This document shows, piece after piece, positions 1-14,516 of a DNA stretch of 64,000 nt (the stretch's first letter is position 1; every line of letters begins with the position of its first letter). The notes beneath the pieces are model-generated. The model was not told where the DNA came from. It did not search any database and saw only the letters and a program-made list of their open reading frames with translations. The stretch covers positions 17,360,001-17,424,000 of the forward strand of contig OZ024742.1 in the NCBI GenBank assembly GCA_964016885.1. The letters run 5' to 3'. Position numbers and translations under genes: made by a program. This DNA is from Eledone cirrhosa. Taxonomy: Eukaryota.

Positions 1-1310
1 TTTGGAAATTGTCTTTAGCCATTGTAAGAAGCCATTATTATCAGATCAGCTAATTCCAAGATATATTTGTAGAATCAACCATTCTATTTAAATGTCTCTT
101 TCTAGATTTCAATTTCAAATCATATCGATTTAAATTTTACATTTCATTCCCCAAGGTCGATAATATAAGTAGATGTAATACATTTAAATCTGATCCATTC
201 TTTATAATATTCTACAAGAAATATCAACCTGAATTGATTGAGTGCAGGACTAGAAACTTTACAGTTGGACGTCATATTACAGTTTTTACCCGTAACCCAC
301 CACCGTAGTCAACTTCGACATTTCTAACTCCCCAGGCTAGAATCAATGATTGATTTTATTAGATATATATTGATATATTTCACAAAGGTTCTTCCTGTAC
401 CTGTGTAATAAATAAAGACTAAACCTCTGTATAATAACTTGATCGGCTATAATCTCTCTTAAATCACACGTAGAAAAGGAGAAACGTATTGGAAATATAG
501 TTTTAGTTACCGCTAAAGAGATAGGATGGTCATGTCTGGAATTCCTTTCTTAAGATATCGTTGATCATAACTGACTTGGAGTTAAACAACAATTGCGACA
601 TCTAATACTTTCTTGATTTGACATAGGTAGTATAAAGCTAGTTATAAAAAGATCACATTGATTAGTTTAGCTTGTTTGTAATCAAGGTTTGAACGACACT
701 GTGTCGGATTTGTCAATGTTTGTGGGTCCTGAATAGAAGTACCAGTAATATACTAGTACATCTACTATACTACTTCAATTTGCAACTATTAAAAATAAAT
801 AACTTCAGTTTGTAGTAAGACGAATGCGGAAACCTAGAGATAAATGGATTTTCGTCAATTATAATTTATATCATACCAAGAAAAATAGATCTAACACATA
901 CACTAAACTGTGTCATTGTATACCGTGGAATATTGCACATTATCCACTTTCCTCTTTTGTTTTATATTTCCAGTGTCATTAAATAGGATAATTGGATGTG
1001 TAATAAATTATAAAATATATGAACAAGTTATGATACCATAACTTTACAAACTTGACCATGGGATGTTATTAAATATCCATTCTTCTCTAAGTTTAAATGT
1101 TTCTCTGTTTGAATTAGTAAAACAGAGGAGGAGGGAGAAATTCGAGAGTAATGATATATATTGAGTTAGAAATTCAAATAGTCTGTTTACGTGTAGTGAG
1201 AATAGATTATCTGAGTCAGAAGTAAAACTAACTGTAAAGTTAAGCTCATATAAGATCGTAAAATCATTTGACCTTTAACTCTACAAAATGCTGGTATAGT
1301 CACTGCCTCC

Positions 1311-1370
<60 letters not shown>

Positions 1371-1380
1371 CTCTCTCTCT
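1311..1380. repeat. (CT)n microsatellite, preceded by a fragment of the 42-44 bp satellite unit (cactgcctccgtctctc)
   Basis: Direct reading; the same motif forms the array at 61708-63966. Confidence 0.9.
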
Positions 1381-2448
1381 CCCTCCATCTCTCACAGGGG
1401 GTCAAACTCTGTAACATCTGTTTCGTTGTATATTTGTATAAAGTATAAATTAGTGAACGAGTGTCTATGTAAGTGATCGATCTGCTAGAAATATTAGCTA
1501 ATTTTCTCACTATTGGAAACACTAATCAAAGATGTACTGTAACTGAATAAATATGGAGTGATCAACGCTGAAACAGTCTCCATCAGGAGTCTGCTCTATT
1601 ACGGTGGAACCTGAGCTAAATAATAAAAGCAACTTATTTATATATTTGTCTTAGTTCGCTTACCTTAGGCATCTTGGAGAGCCCTATACTGAGGAAGGTT
1701 TTCATTCACTTAGCTAAATAAAGGCACCACCTATTCTTTTTTATGGGCTGTGTTCGCATTCCTGTTTGGAGCTTAATATAGTTTTTAAACAAGTCTCTTT
1801 CCATCATCATTACTGAGGATCGGGGCCCCTAGACAATTGCAGCAATTTTCATTTATATGATGCTGTGTTTATGATTCTGATCGGGAAAAAAGTGATATCG
1901 GTGACTCCCGAATCCTCGTCAAACAATTAATCAGAATCTGACTACCGAGTCATATCACATCCACCCTCATCACAAGGATGAAACCGTTGGCCACTTGAAA
2001 GGTTGTCACTGAGATATTTCAGGATGGGAGATGGATACAGAAGTATAAAATACGTTGTTATGGTAAAATTTCTGGTCAGAGAAGAAGAAGAAACTCTTTA
2101 TATTACTTCTCCTTAGTTCACATAAGTATCAGCTGTATGGGGAAGTTATGTGGGATAGAATATCGGATTCTTAACCATAACAAAGGATGATTTACCTTTT
2201 TGTGTAACATCATGAAATTCAAACTCTGGACATAAGAAAAACTTCACATTGTTCAGTTTAGTTTCTTTGCAATCAATGTTTTAACATCCTTGTATCGGCT
2301 TTATCTTTCAATGCTTCTGGGTCCTGAAGAGATGTATACTATACTACTTTTTATATTGTTTATGTAAACATATTATAGCTTCAGATAGATATAATAGACA
2401 ATTTACGTTATGGTCTAAACTGTCTACTGTCTTTATTTCTTATGATGG

Positions 2449-2612
2449 TGTGTGTGTATGAGCTTATATTGGCTTATATGTGTGTGTGTGTATGAGCTTA
2501 TATTGGCTTGTATGTGTGTGTGTATGAGCTTATATTGGCTTGTATGTGTGTGTGTATGAGCTTATATTGGCTTATATGTGTGTGTGTATGAGCTTGTTTT
2601 GGCTTATATGTG
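2449..2612. repeat. ~30-bp minisatellite (gtgtgtatgagcttatattggcttrtat), about 5 copies
   Basis: Tandem units are visible directly. Confidence 0.9.
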
Positions 2613-2949
2613 TTCTCATAGTTTACTGACATTCTGTTTACTTCTTTCAGATTTTCATATTTCTTCATTTTTCTCTTATTATATTCTTTATGTAGCTTTT
2701 CGGTGTGAAGCAGCTTATTTACATAAAGGTCTCTGTGTATCATACCAGCCCTGCCTTGTGATTGTGATTTTAGTCTTAATTTCTAGACTTAATTTAGACT
2801 TAATTCTAACTCCCAAAGCGGACTTTACCTTCTACTAATTAAAAGCTAATCAAGGAAAAGATGTTATCGCTCATTGAGGAATGCTACTGAAGCCGAAATT
2901 CAGAATTGATACAATGGTGTCATTTTATTGTTAAAGAATCAAAATTTTA

Positions 2950-3460
2950 TAGACAGGGAAGTTTTATTATTGTTCTTCGTCTTTAGACACATACCTTCCT
3001 TTACTGTGCAGTTCTAAAATTTAACTTCTCCAGTCATTACAATCCCATCCCGTTTGTTTTCAAAAATTATATATCTAGGGTTTCTTTACATGGCGTGTTA
3101 TTTTTCTAAAGAGTGGTGATTGATTTCATGGGTATTGAGTCCGCTATTACTACCATGCCAAAGGTTATGCATCAAATTAAATCTTTTTGAGTATTCTCTA
3201 TTCCTTCACAATCCGATTTCAATTCCCAGCATGGAAGAAACAACTAATTTTAATATTCCAGTAAGTAAATTCAAATGACTGTGTCCTCCTCCAAACATAT
3301 CACATTCAATAGTTGTTGCACCTCATTTCTTATCTGATTGCGTAGACCTATAATCAGAGCGATTCCAATTTTATCAATCTTGTGATTTTCGGAGTACATC
3401 GCATCCAGTTTACATTAAGCGATGGGTCATTGCTTTCCTAAATTTTAGTGTGTTATTTCA
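2950..3460 (-). pseudogene. Highly decayed Penelope-like reverse transcriptase remnant
   Basis: The minus strand gives frameshifted PKI(H)K-like (ccgaaaatcacaag) and Q-T-D-G-I-V-M-like (QxxGxxMG) motifs in the expected order, with many stops. Confidence 0.3.
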
Positions 3461-3605
3461 AGTAAAATTGGTTGCTAATTCTAGCAGGTCAAACAGTGAT
3501 GTGGAAGCTCCTTCGTTTCCTCCTACAAACATTGTTTTTCTTTTCTTTCTGCGAATGTAAGAAAAATCACGATTACCATTCTATCACTGTTATTGCTGAC
3601 TGTTA

Positions 3606-4055
3606 AGGGCGGTGAACTGGCAGTCTCCTTAGAGTGTCCCATACCATGTTTCGTGGCATAGAGTTATGGATATTTACGTTCTGAGTTCAAATCCTGCCAA
3701 AGTCAGCTTTACCTTTCATTCTTACGGGGGTCGATAAAATAAAGTACCAGTAATGCACTGGGGTCAATTTAATCGACTTTCCCTTCCCCCAAAATTACTG
3801 GCCTTGTGCCTAAATGAGCAACCATAATTAATGATGGCGGTGGATTGGCAGTGTCGGTAGAGAGTCGGACTACATGCATTGCGGCATATAGTTACATCCC
3901 TTTGCGTTTTGAGTTCAAATGCTACGGAGGTCAGCTTTGCCTTTCATCCTTACGGGGTAGATAAAATAAAGTACCAGTAATGCACTGGTTCGATTTAATC
4001 GATTATCCTCTTCTATCTAAATTGCTGGCCTTGTGCCAAATATAGATAAACTATT
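3606..4055 (+). mobile_element. Two tandem copies of tRNA-derived SINE family 1
   Basis: A-box-like ggcggtggattggcag, B-box gagttcaaat, core ctttgcctttcatccttacggggtcgataaaataaagtaccag and tail gctggccttgtgcc. Confidence 0.85.
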
Positions 4056-4189
4056 ACTATTTTCAATTAGTTTCATCTTTAAGTATTTGGTCTTTCCCTG
4101 GTCAATAAAATAACTAACAGTCAAGTACTGGTGTCGATGTAGTAGACTGCACCCTTCCCCAAGTATTTGGAGTAGTGTGTCTATGATCT

Positions 4190-4440
4190 TCTTCTTTGCC
4201 CACTTATTCCTGAGAGGGTCGTGATGGCAGAGTACTCAAACACTCCTTCTAGCAGGTCCTGTCATATGCAAATGTCTCCAGCGGATCTGGTTGGATCCCC
4301 AAATGAGACCAGCCAAGCTCATGCATTTTATCCAGCCATCATGCTCGAGGTCTACCCCTGGGTCTCTTACCGGCTGGTTTTGCCCGTTAAATATGTCCAG
4401 CGATTCTTTCCTGACATATTCTAACCACATACCCATAATA
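4190..4440 (-). mobile_element. RTE-type LINE 3' end fragment
   Basis: The minus strand encodes GKRPRGRPRAxWLDK, a typical RTE C-terminal motif, and ends in an AAG-rich tail. Confidence 0.6.
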
Positions 4441-4799
4441 TCGGAGCTGTGACTATGTTAGAAATTATAATTATTATATTATGCATATAATTGTTACATT
4501 GTGAGACTGCTGTCAATCTCCCACGGTATCCTTTCTACCAGTCGGTTATGGTACCCGATTCTAGTCATTTCACTACATTTACGCAACTGGGGAAGCAAAG
4601 AAATTCACTGAACTGTCAAATCTGTTGCCTTTCACAAAATGTTTCGCTCTGTTTAGTCTCGCTCTTTACGTTCCGCGTTCAAATTCCGTGAAAGACAACT
4701 TAAAGAAACAAAGCAAAAGTCTAGGGTTGTTAATTGATAGAATTGTTAGGACATTGGACAAAATACAATGGCAGATCTGTCAACTCTCCCTGTCCGATG

Positions 4800-4842
<43 letters not shown>

Positions 4843-4914
4843 TAGTGAGAGAAAGAGAGGGAGGGAGGTAGAGATAAAGAAAGAGAGGGACAGAGAGACA
4901 GAGACAGCGGCAGA

Positions 4915-6720
4915 GGCTGAGTCGTTAGGGCGCCGGGTAGAATGTTTTACACTCTTCGTTTCGGCTCAGCGTTCAAATTCCGCCGAGATCAGATTTGCCT
5001 TTCATCTACTTAAGGTCGATAAAAAGGTACCAGTCTAATACTGGGTCGATTCTTCCTCTATATTTCTTTCTCACTTTCATTCTCTCACTCTCTCTCTATA
5101 TATATATATATCTTTCTCTAGAAGAAATCTGCTTTATTCAGACGTGGGGAGGAGCAGGATCCGCTTGGTTTAAAATTGCCCTAGAAAGGCCGTATGTCAA
5201 TACGGCGCCCCTACGACTTCCATATTCATGCAAATCAATTATATATTACTCTTTCTGTGCCACCCTAATTTCTAACCTATTTAATCTTATTTCGATTTCA
5301 TTATGTAAAGGCGGTGGATTGGCAGAATCTTTAGAGCATCGACACCATGCTTTGCAGCATAGAGTTATGACCCTTTATGTTCTGAGTTCAAATCCCTCCA
5401 GTGTTAGCTTTGCCTTTCATCCTTACGGGGGCGAGAAAATAAATCACCAGTAATACACTGGGTCTATTTAATCGACCCCCCCCCCCCCTATTGCCGGTCT
5501 TGTGCCTAAAGTAGAAATCATTATGTTATTTTTCCGTGACCCTTCCTTATTCAATATTTTGTTTCACATCGGTAGAGAGTCGGACGCCATGCTTTGACGC
5601 ATGGAGTTACGGCCCTTGTCATTCTGAGTTCAAATCCCGCCGAGGTTAACTTTGCCTTTCATCCTTACGGAGTCGATAAAATAAAGTACCAGTAATGTAC
5701 TGGGGTAAATGCTGGCCTTGTGCCAAAAGTAGAAACAATTATTATTTAAGGTTATTCTTTCTTAATTTACCAGTTCAACCAATTCATGGATATTTATTTT
5801 CTAATTATACCTATCTAAATTCACTTACATCTTACTTTCAATCAACTCCATCTATTTTCGTTCATTTTCTAAAATGTTAGCAATCAGCCCCAAACGATGG
5901 GGTCCCAAGAAATGTATTCTACACAACGGTTTCTTTTCTATTTCATAGTTCTCATACTTCACTATGTACGAACAAACTAACAACTAAGATGTCTATAATA
6001 TGATCTTTACGGAATTGTTGGTTGATGAAATGCGAATTACTTCATAAGTGACCTAAGGCATTGTTCAAGAAAGGTTAAGTTCATTGGCGTTGGTTTGCAA
6101 ATCTCATATTAGGGGTCGACCACAGACGTCATTGGGGAGAAGTGTCAAAACCAGGCATTTCCCTATATACACCTAGAAGTATTAATGCCAGACACATCGT
6201 ACCATTTTCTTACAATGTATGTTGGTATGTGGACCATTTCATTTATAATAATGGTTTCTGATTTAGGCACAAGGTCAATAATTTGGGGGGAAAAGGAAAG
6301 TTGAATAAATCGACCCCAGTGCGTGACTGGTATTTTATTATATTAGTTCAAAGACAAGGTTAGCGTTGCCTTTCATCCTTACGAGGTCGATAAAATAAAG
6401 TATCATTAACATACTGGGGTTGATTTAATCGATTTTCCAACCCCCCAAAATGACCTTGTGGCTAAATTAGAAACCTTTTATATATTAGCTCAATGGGCGG
6501 TAAATTGACAGAATCGCTAGAGCGCCTGACAAAATGCTTTGCAGTATTTAGTTACGGTGTTTTAGTTCAAATCCAGCTGAAGTGAAATTTGCCTTATTTC
6601 TTTTAGGGGGTCGATAAATTATAGTACCTGTAAAGTACTGTAAAGTACTTAAGTCGATATAATCGACTTTCCTCTCCACTCAAATTTCTGGTCTTGTGCC
6701 TGAACTAGAAATCATTATTA
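4915..6720. mobile_element. Cluster of SINE family 1 copies (about 4915-5050, 5308-5525, 5570-5745, 6253-6340 minus, 6360-6480, 6496-6720)
   Basis: The same core and tail motifs recur. Confidence 0.8.
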
Positions 6721-7375
6721 TATTAACTTATCATGTGGTTAGATCATAACCACTGATATAGGCCACTTAATAAAATCCCTAGTTGAATTATTTCTTTAGC
6801 CGATCTAAAATAAATTATTCGTTATATAAATGGTCGAAGTAAGAAGCAGTAGGTCGGCATTCGGCCAGAAATAGTATGAAAGGACACTAATCCTGCGAGG
6901 AGACACACAGCAATAAACACACATTTTATCGCATGATTAAACGTTATTGCACAGAACAAAATTTGACTAAAATAGATCAACTTTAATCCAATTTCTCCGC
7001 GCATAGATTCATTTACACAAACGCTTCGTCTACAGACAGTAATCGCCTCCCTTATAGATCTGACAATGTCACGCCTGAAACTTGTTAACTTTCCCGTATT
7101 TCCATCCATAGTCTCTGTTTCTCTAGAAAAGACTTCATTCATGTGAAATGTTAACATATAAATTTAAATCCCACATGCGATCATTTATGTTCCTCCTCCC
7201 CCTCTCTTTCTTCTTATTCTCTCTTTCCTTCTGGTGGTAGAATAGACAAATGCATTAAAGTTGAACGAATTATAAGAAGCTTGTGATTCGTACTTAATCA
7301 CACAATACACGCCTTCACAAATATATGTATACACAGACACAGACATATATATATATATATATATATATATGAGAC

Positions 7376-7556
7376 CCGGGTTCAAGCGAGAGTAACCACA
7401 GTAAGTAAGGTAGTCAATGCAATAGTAGCATGTAAACATCAAGTTTAATATAGAAGTGGCTTCTACAGGACTACAACTCTTACATTCAAATGACTGATGA
7501 TTTCTTTTGAATGAAACAGTTCTAGTCCTGTATAACCCATTTCTATATTAAACATT
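7376..7556. mobile_element. Short fold-back element in (TA)n with a hammerhead-like core; related copies at 25698-25825 and 45139-45315
   Basis: Arms 7443-7478 and 7518-7553 are reverse complements. CTGATGA-T-TTC..GAA-T-GAAA lies at 7494-7516, but stem I is not evident. Confidence 0.65.
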
Positions 7557-8650
7557 ACATATATATATATGTGACATAAAACGCGAGTTTCTTTATTAAA
7601 TCAATATTAATAAAGTTTAAGAGTGCTAAAGATAACACGATGTCATATAATATTTAGTTTAAGATTTGATTTCATATTAGACCAGTAAAAACAATATGTT
7701 CTACTTATTTGTCACGGAGAGAAGAGCAGCGTTTATAACTCTTTTCAGAGACAGCGAGACTGGCAGGAAGAGATGAAGGGAGGTATCCTAAATGTGAAAG
7801 TTTTAAACGAATGCTTGAAACAGTGGACGCCGCTAACCAAGGGCCAAATGTTGGTGCTACAACGATTGATGAAATATGTCTATTCCCCAAATAGGTTGTA
7901 ACAGGGTTTGAAATCAGAACGTAAAGTGACGGAGACGAAAACACCTAGCAACAGCCCCCACAAAAAAACAGTTACAGTTTCGCTAATCCACCATTTTAGA
8001 GTAGTGCTTTATTTTATCACCCCGCGAATGGATGCAACCAAAGTTTACCTACGCAGTATTTGAAACGAGAACACAGAGAGCAAGAACAAATATCAATTTA
8101 TGACTGTGTCAATTTGTCATGAATTTGAATGTCATCCTCACCACCCGAAATCGATAAAATAGATATTAGGGCTGTATTTCAATAGTAAAATAATAATAGA
8201 ATATTGGACAGTGTATGCACGGAATAGAAAGATGGTCTAAACTGTGTGTTGCAACTTATCTACAGCTTTCCGCTGTTATGTATCAGTGTAATCTACGAAT
8301 CTCTAGTCTGCGTCCCATTGCCGAGATTATGGTGGCTGATACGTCTATAGACAAGACACTTAAGCCAACCGCCCCCTAAATAGGTACTAATGGGGTGCTT
8401 AAGCTAACAATTAACAGGAATATCCTTAGCTTGAAATGCTGAGTCGTAATCAGTTACAAATTCTTACATATCGATCTTTTCAGGTGAACAGTAACATAAT
8501 TCAGTGAAGAAGCAATTATAATTTCTATTTTGAAAAAGATTATTTAACTGTAAGAATTCAATAACCAAATCGTTATTATAGTAACATCTCACTCCTGTTA
8601 TTTCTGTATCGTACTTGGATATACAACAAGCTTTTTCTTCTGATTTTCAG

Positions 8651-8699
8651 ATATATACTGTCGGTTAGCTGACCGTCCGACGACCGCCGCAAGATATAG
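8651..8699 (+). other. Possible short exon of an unidentified gene
   Basis: Polypyrimidine tract ending ttttcag, then 49 nt of complex CpG-containing sequence, then AG|gtaagc. One frame is open (IYCRLADRPTTAARY). Confidence 0.35.
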
Positions 8700-10334
8700 G
8701 TAAGCTGGTAGCGCCTTATTTTCATGCGCTAGCTTCCGTTTCCGTTCGTTCTTTCATTTTAGCGTCTAATACTGCATGGGAAATGCATAAATGCCACAAC
8801 AGCATATCATTTAATCTCTCGTCTTATCTCAGTAATACTTACAATCACCACAGTATATCTGAAAAATTAAGACATTGGATAAAATCCTTAAAAGAAAGAA
8901 CCGTCTGAGATTTTGTGTCGACGGCAGTTAAATAAAAAGTTACTTCGTGAAATGTGGAATAAATTTAATTGTTGTAAGGATTGGAAAGACAAACACGTCT
9001 GGCCCACCTGCGGATAGCCAACTATGTGCCGATGGTAGGGAGGTGGCCTAGGCCAAGGACACCAGAAGTCTTCAATGCTACGGGTTCGAATGCAAACCTG
9101 TTGTAGGGCTACCGTTATTTGGAAAAGTCGTTTGTATCTTTCCTCCCACCGAGAGTGTTTATAGTTAATATTATTGTCTCTCCATGTACAAGATGTAACT
9201 AACTGCAGATGGTAGGATCATATCACTAATGTGAATAGCAGGAGTATGGTGGTTAGGGTGTTGGGTTGACGATCCAAAGGCCAAGGGTTTGATTCTTAGA
9301 CAAAACGGTACATTGTGCTCTAGAACAAACATTTCCTTTTACGTAACTGCTGTCCATTTAACTAAAAAGCAAATTACTGGTAATAGTTAAGGGTTAAATT
9401 TAGAACGGCCTGGTATCATGCTGGAAGGAATATCTTGTGTTCTCAGTCACTTAATGCCACATGAAAGTGGAATGAGCTCCTAATATGTCTCAAGTGTCTA
9501 GAACGACTTCATCTCATTTTTCCAACTTGTCTTGCCGTGTTTAAATACTCACCTCTAGTTTAGAATTCCTAGTTGTTGTAGCCCGGTCTCTCATTTTATC
9601 CTAACGGTTACAGACTCTATATCGTAGTTGGTATTTTCACTGTCTATTCCACCATCAAGGAAACATACATTAACTCGAATGCTCGTCAACGAAAAACCCT
9701 CTATATGATAGCTTAACCAGCTAGAAATAGCAAGCACATTCCCTCCAATCGAAGTCCACAGTTTCGGAAAATGGAGGATTCTTTCGAAAATGTATCGAGA
9801 ATGATTGTAGTTAGAATGGCTTTGATTATCACACTTAATCAGGAATGACCTAGGGCGAAACTACAGTAACACGAAGAAGAGAAATCAATGGCTAAGAGGA
9901 ATAATTAATCAAATCTATTGTGATATATAAACCTAGAACTCTGTAATGTTTTAATAGTCCCGGTCCATTGCCTATTCCAACTCAGTATCCTCTACTACCA
10001 TTCTAAGACATATGTTATTTATTTTACTAAAGAAAAGCAGAATGGTGTGACGATTTGTTCTCCCTGGGGTCTTATATTCAAAATAAAGAAGACAGAACAT
10101 GCTATAATATACAAAAAAATCGGTTTACACAGATCAATATTTTATTTTGAATTAATTATTAATTATTTTCATTTCTTTCACTTATACATAACAGTTTAAC
10201 ACTTTCGAGTTCAATAAGACTATGGGGCATTGATGGAAAAATCTCTCGTGTAATCGTATGTATCGTTCAGTATAAATAAGTTTCGTGAATTATGTCAATA
10301 CCCCGTGACCTTTCAAATACTAGCCAGCAATTAT

Positions 10335-10467
10335 CACAGTGTATTACTGGTACTTTATTTTATCGACCCCGTAAGCATGAAAGGCAAAGTTAACCTCGGC
10401 GGGATTTGAACTCAGAACATAAAGGGCCGTAACTCTGTAACTCTCTACTGATTCTGCCAATCCACCG
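10335..10467 (-). mobile_element. SINE family 1 copy
   Basis: Reverse complement of the SINE core. Confidence 0.8.
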
Positions 10468-10921
10468 AGTACCTATCGGGTACTAAATAATAGGTGGCGG
10501 GTTGGAATAAGCAGGGGCGAAATTGTAATAAATAAGGGGGTGGAAATAAGCGGAGGGTTGGAAAATCGGTAATGTTTCAAAGCTGATACAGTTAATTTCT
10601 TTAAAAACCAGAATTAGTTGTTTATTTTACATATTGAGACCCCCAACCCATCCTATTTATTTTCTAACATATGGGGCTTCTAGTAATGTACTTTGTCATG
10701 TATAATATTTTTTAATGTATAAAGAAAATTAATTGTCGCAAGAATGCAACCACTTAAAATAAAATTTCGGTGGAGATAGATTAGCAAAATTTAATAAGTT
10801 GGAGGGGGGGTGGAGTAAAGGTGGGGGAGGTTTGAAAAACTCTGAAAAATTAATAGGTGGGGGGGGGGGGGGGTGAAGTTATTCGAGACTTGAGAGTATA
10901 TATAGGCACGTAGTCGCGCAC

Positions 10922-10955
<34 letters not shown>

Positions 10956-11072
10956 TGTGTACATGCATATGAGCTTAGATTCATACAGATAGGCATAATA
11001 CATACATACGATCATATATGTGTTTGTATACAAACACACGCACACACATATTTAATATATTTAATATATATA

Positions 11073-11703
11073 TAAATGGAAAAAATGAAACGAAATTTCA
11101 TTTCCCACTCTTAGTACGGCTGTTACTTAAATATAAGTATGTACACGTACATACATATATGTATACAGACGTACAGTAGTATGTATATATATATATACAT
11201 ACACGCAGACATATATATATGTACGTATGGATTCACCGAACATTTATTATAATGCTCGGTGTGTTTGTAAATAAACATCCCGTATTAAGCCGTAGTGTCT
11301 AGCAACCATCGTTGCTCGTTTGTTCAACAATGACAAAGGAACGCTGTACTAGTTTCAAGCTTATTAGCTATCGTCACCAACGTATACCTTCCTGCCAGAT
11401 TGTTGAACGTATATACTTACCTTATGCATATTAATCTGGCAGGAAGGTATACGTTGCTGACGATAGCTAATAAGCTTGAAACTAGTACAGCGTTCCTTTG
11501 TCAGTGTTGAACAAACGAGCAAGGATGGTTTCTAGACACTGCGGCTTAATACGGGATGTTTATTTACAAACACACCGAGCATTATAATCAATGTTCGGTG
11601 AATCCATACGTACATATATATATGTATGCATATATGTATATATATATACATACTACTGTACGTATGTATACATATATGTATGTACGTGTACATACTTATA
11701 TTT
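11073..11703. mobile_element. Fold-back Penelope-like non-autonomous element, family A
   Basis: Arms ~11129-11400 and 11434-11702 are near-perfect reverse complements, flanked by TA repeats. Related copies lie at 38301-38895 and 49955-50222. Confidence 0.85.
11452..11492 (+). ncRNA. Minimal type I hammerhead ribozyme (CUGACGA core, GUA site)
   Basis: cgttg-CTGACGA-t-agct-aata-agct-t-GAAA-ctag-TA-cagcg: stem I cgttg/cagcg and palindromic stem III ACTAGT. Confidence 0.85.
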
Positions 11704-11842
11704 ATATATATATATGAATGTATGTATAGTATATTTGGCAATATACCGTATGTTTAATTAAAAACATTTAGAAGACCATACGCGATCAGTTTTAAAGTAG
11801 TGACTATGTCACTTCCCTTTTTTCGACGAAAGAAGGGAGAGA

Positions 11843-11883
11843 AGCTGACAGTCTGTTTCACGCTGCTGGCGATCATCAGAGCC
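11843..11883 (-). ncRNA. Minimal type I hammerhead ribozyme (CUGAUGA core, GUC site)
   Basis: Minus strand reads ggct-CTGATGA-tcgc-cagca-gcgt-GAAA-cagactg-TC-agct. Confidence 0.85.
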
Positions 11884-12379
11884 ACGCACTCTCCTGCTTC
11901 CGCTTAAAATTATAGAAGCTGGATTCTTATAGAATTCCAGTAATAATCAGGAGCTGATTATACACAGCGATTGCCGGTCCAGCAAACATTAGGTATTAGG
12001 ATTGGTGCACTGAAATAGCGATGTATACATGAATGTATGTATATATATATATATATAAATGTATATATGTATAGAGAGAGATGTAAATCCACATGCATTG
12101 TTATGCCCGCACCACCCATCACACACTACCACACACATAAACACCCAGACAGTATAGTAAGCAATGTGTACGTTAGACACACACGGTTAGATACACTTAC
12201 ACACACACACACACCCACACATATATATATAAATATATATGTATATATATAGCTATTTAAACGTATGTTATTACTCTAAGGACCTACCTTATCGAGTGCT
12301 TTGCTAACTCATCATTTCATATAAGTAGGCCGAATTTGCTTGCAAACCGCCAGAGATTCGATTTTACTAAATTTCCAAT

Positions 12380-12534
<155 letters not shown>

Positions 12535-14029
12535 ATATCTCTTTAATTCCACTTATAACTTGAAGTATATGCATAATTTCTAATGTCTGTTTTGTTATAT
12601 CATCTCCGAATTCCCTTGGATTAAATATCTTACTTGAAAGAGCTTACACAAACATCAACACTTTTTAAGTGCATTAGTTAAGAGAAGACCAATTTAACTT
12701 TAAGATTGTCCTTTATATTTGATAACCCTCCAACTAAAGCTCTTAATTCTCTTTGTGGTGGTGTCACCAGATGGCCACATTTAAATAGTTGCCACATATA
12801 AGCATAACAGAGTATGAATACAAAACACTTTATAAGTGTCAAATTACTTAAGGTGTGTAAATATATGACAACAGTTATACCTGTCAATATTGGTGAGAAG
12901 AATAATTGCTGTGTAGAATATAAACAAAAGAATTTTTGCGCTTTGTTTTAAGATTGAAACCTCTTTGTCAACGGCGGTCGCTCTGGGGTTTATAGAAATA
13001 TAGAACAGTCTTTAAATCTATATAGAGAATATACTAATCGTTGCTGAAGGTAGAAACTGTCATAATACGAGAAAACTCTATAACAATACAAAGAAAATGA
13101 CCTTTGTTTGATAGATGTTCATGTGGTGCCATCTAATAGATTCTCTAAAACATCATATTTTATCCTGAAAATAATTTCTTTTAACTTGATGTTGTTGTTG
13201 TTCTTGTGGTATCTATAATTTCTTGCCAGTCTTCTGCATTTGCATTGTGGCTTTCTTTTATTAAGACATTTTATTTCTATCTCTTTCAAATTTAAACGTC
13301 GATGTAGTGTCTCTTGAAAATGTTATAATCCATCGCATCTACATAGTTGACAGAATTGTATTGTATATAATGCCTGCAAGAAATAATATCCATATACCCC
13401 TAACATCCCATCCCACCTTCTTTAAAACGGAAAGGATACACTGAATAATGTGCGAATGGTATAATGTGTAGTAGAGTTTTGAATAAAATATTCCGAAGTT
13501 CTTCAATATATGATTAGTTGCACATTCATTTGTCGCTTCTTCCAAACTGCGTAAAACACTTGAATGAAACACTTACAGCTGGGACATACATACCACAATA
13601 TTTTAAATTCTTCAAAAATGTCACATTATTATACGGAGTCTTTGAGAACGGTTCTAAAGTAGTTATGGTACTACGTGTGATTCCATATATTTACTCGCTA
13701 CTGTCTTACAATGAGCTTCGTATCGACACGCACTTCTATTTATGATAAAATTCTGAAACATGCACCTCACCTCTTTTGGGGCTGCTATACGTCTTATTAA
13801 AGAAATTTAGCGGAGAAGCAGAAGCGATAGAGATTCGATTTTCTTTCTTTCATCACCTCCAAGTCAAAATAATTACAAATATGTGTTGGTATCGATACAG
13901 TAGGCTATACGTTCTTATTCTTTACAATTCCCAGGCTGGCAATCCAGTGTAAGAAATAAGTCTCTCCCCATAAGGTAATCTCCAGTTTCTTCTGAAATTC
14001 AGATCACTAGACGTGTGTAGAGTTCCACT

Positions 14030-14430
14030 GGAACGGGTGGAGAAGTTCAAGTATCACGAGGCCGTGTTCACGAGGTTGATTAAGTGCAAGGGTTGCAGGT
14101 ACTGGGGAAGTAAGGCGCCAGTTTCAACATTCGATAATTAAAAGAAGGGAGGTAGTTGTAAAAGCCAAACTCGCTATCTACAATTCAGTATTCATGCCAA
14201 GCCTTACCTATGGTCAGGAATCTCGGGTAATGAACGAAAGAATTCAATCGCGAATACAAGCGGTCGAAATGGGGTTCCTCCGATGGGTGTTTGGGGTGTT
14301 ACTCGATAAAGTTTGTGGGCTCCCGCCGGTAGAGTCGCAACTTCTTCAAATTGAGATATCACTGCTCCGATACTACGGGCATGTGGTTAGAATGTCTCAG
14401 GAAAGAATCACTGTCCCCCTTTTGTAAGAT
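14030..14430 (+). mobile_element. RTE-type LINE ORF 3' fragment
   Basis: VEKFKY, KLAIYNSVFMPSLTYGQES, IQAVEMGFLR and LRYYGHVVRM are motifs typical of the RTE C-terminus. Confidence 0.8.
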
Positions 14431-14516
14431 TATAGGATGTAATTTGAGGGAGATATTAGGGTCATTTCTAACAGGTTGAACGGTGACACGATGGTTGTGT
14501 CACTGGTTTCTATTAA

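Noticed and set aside
3606-3700. tRNA gene
   Set aside because: The A and B boxes belong to SINE heads; there is no cloverleaf, and the SINE body follows.
6822-7157. 111-aa complex ORF
   Set aside because: No recognisable domain or convincing splice structure, so it is not called.
12690-13580. Possible decayed retroelement ORF on the minus strand
   Set aside because: Only faint motif resemblance; too degraded to support a call.
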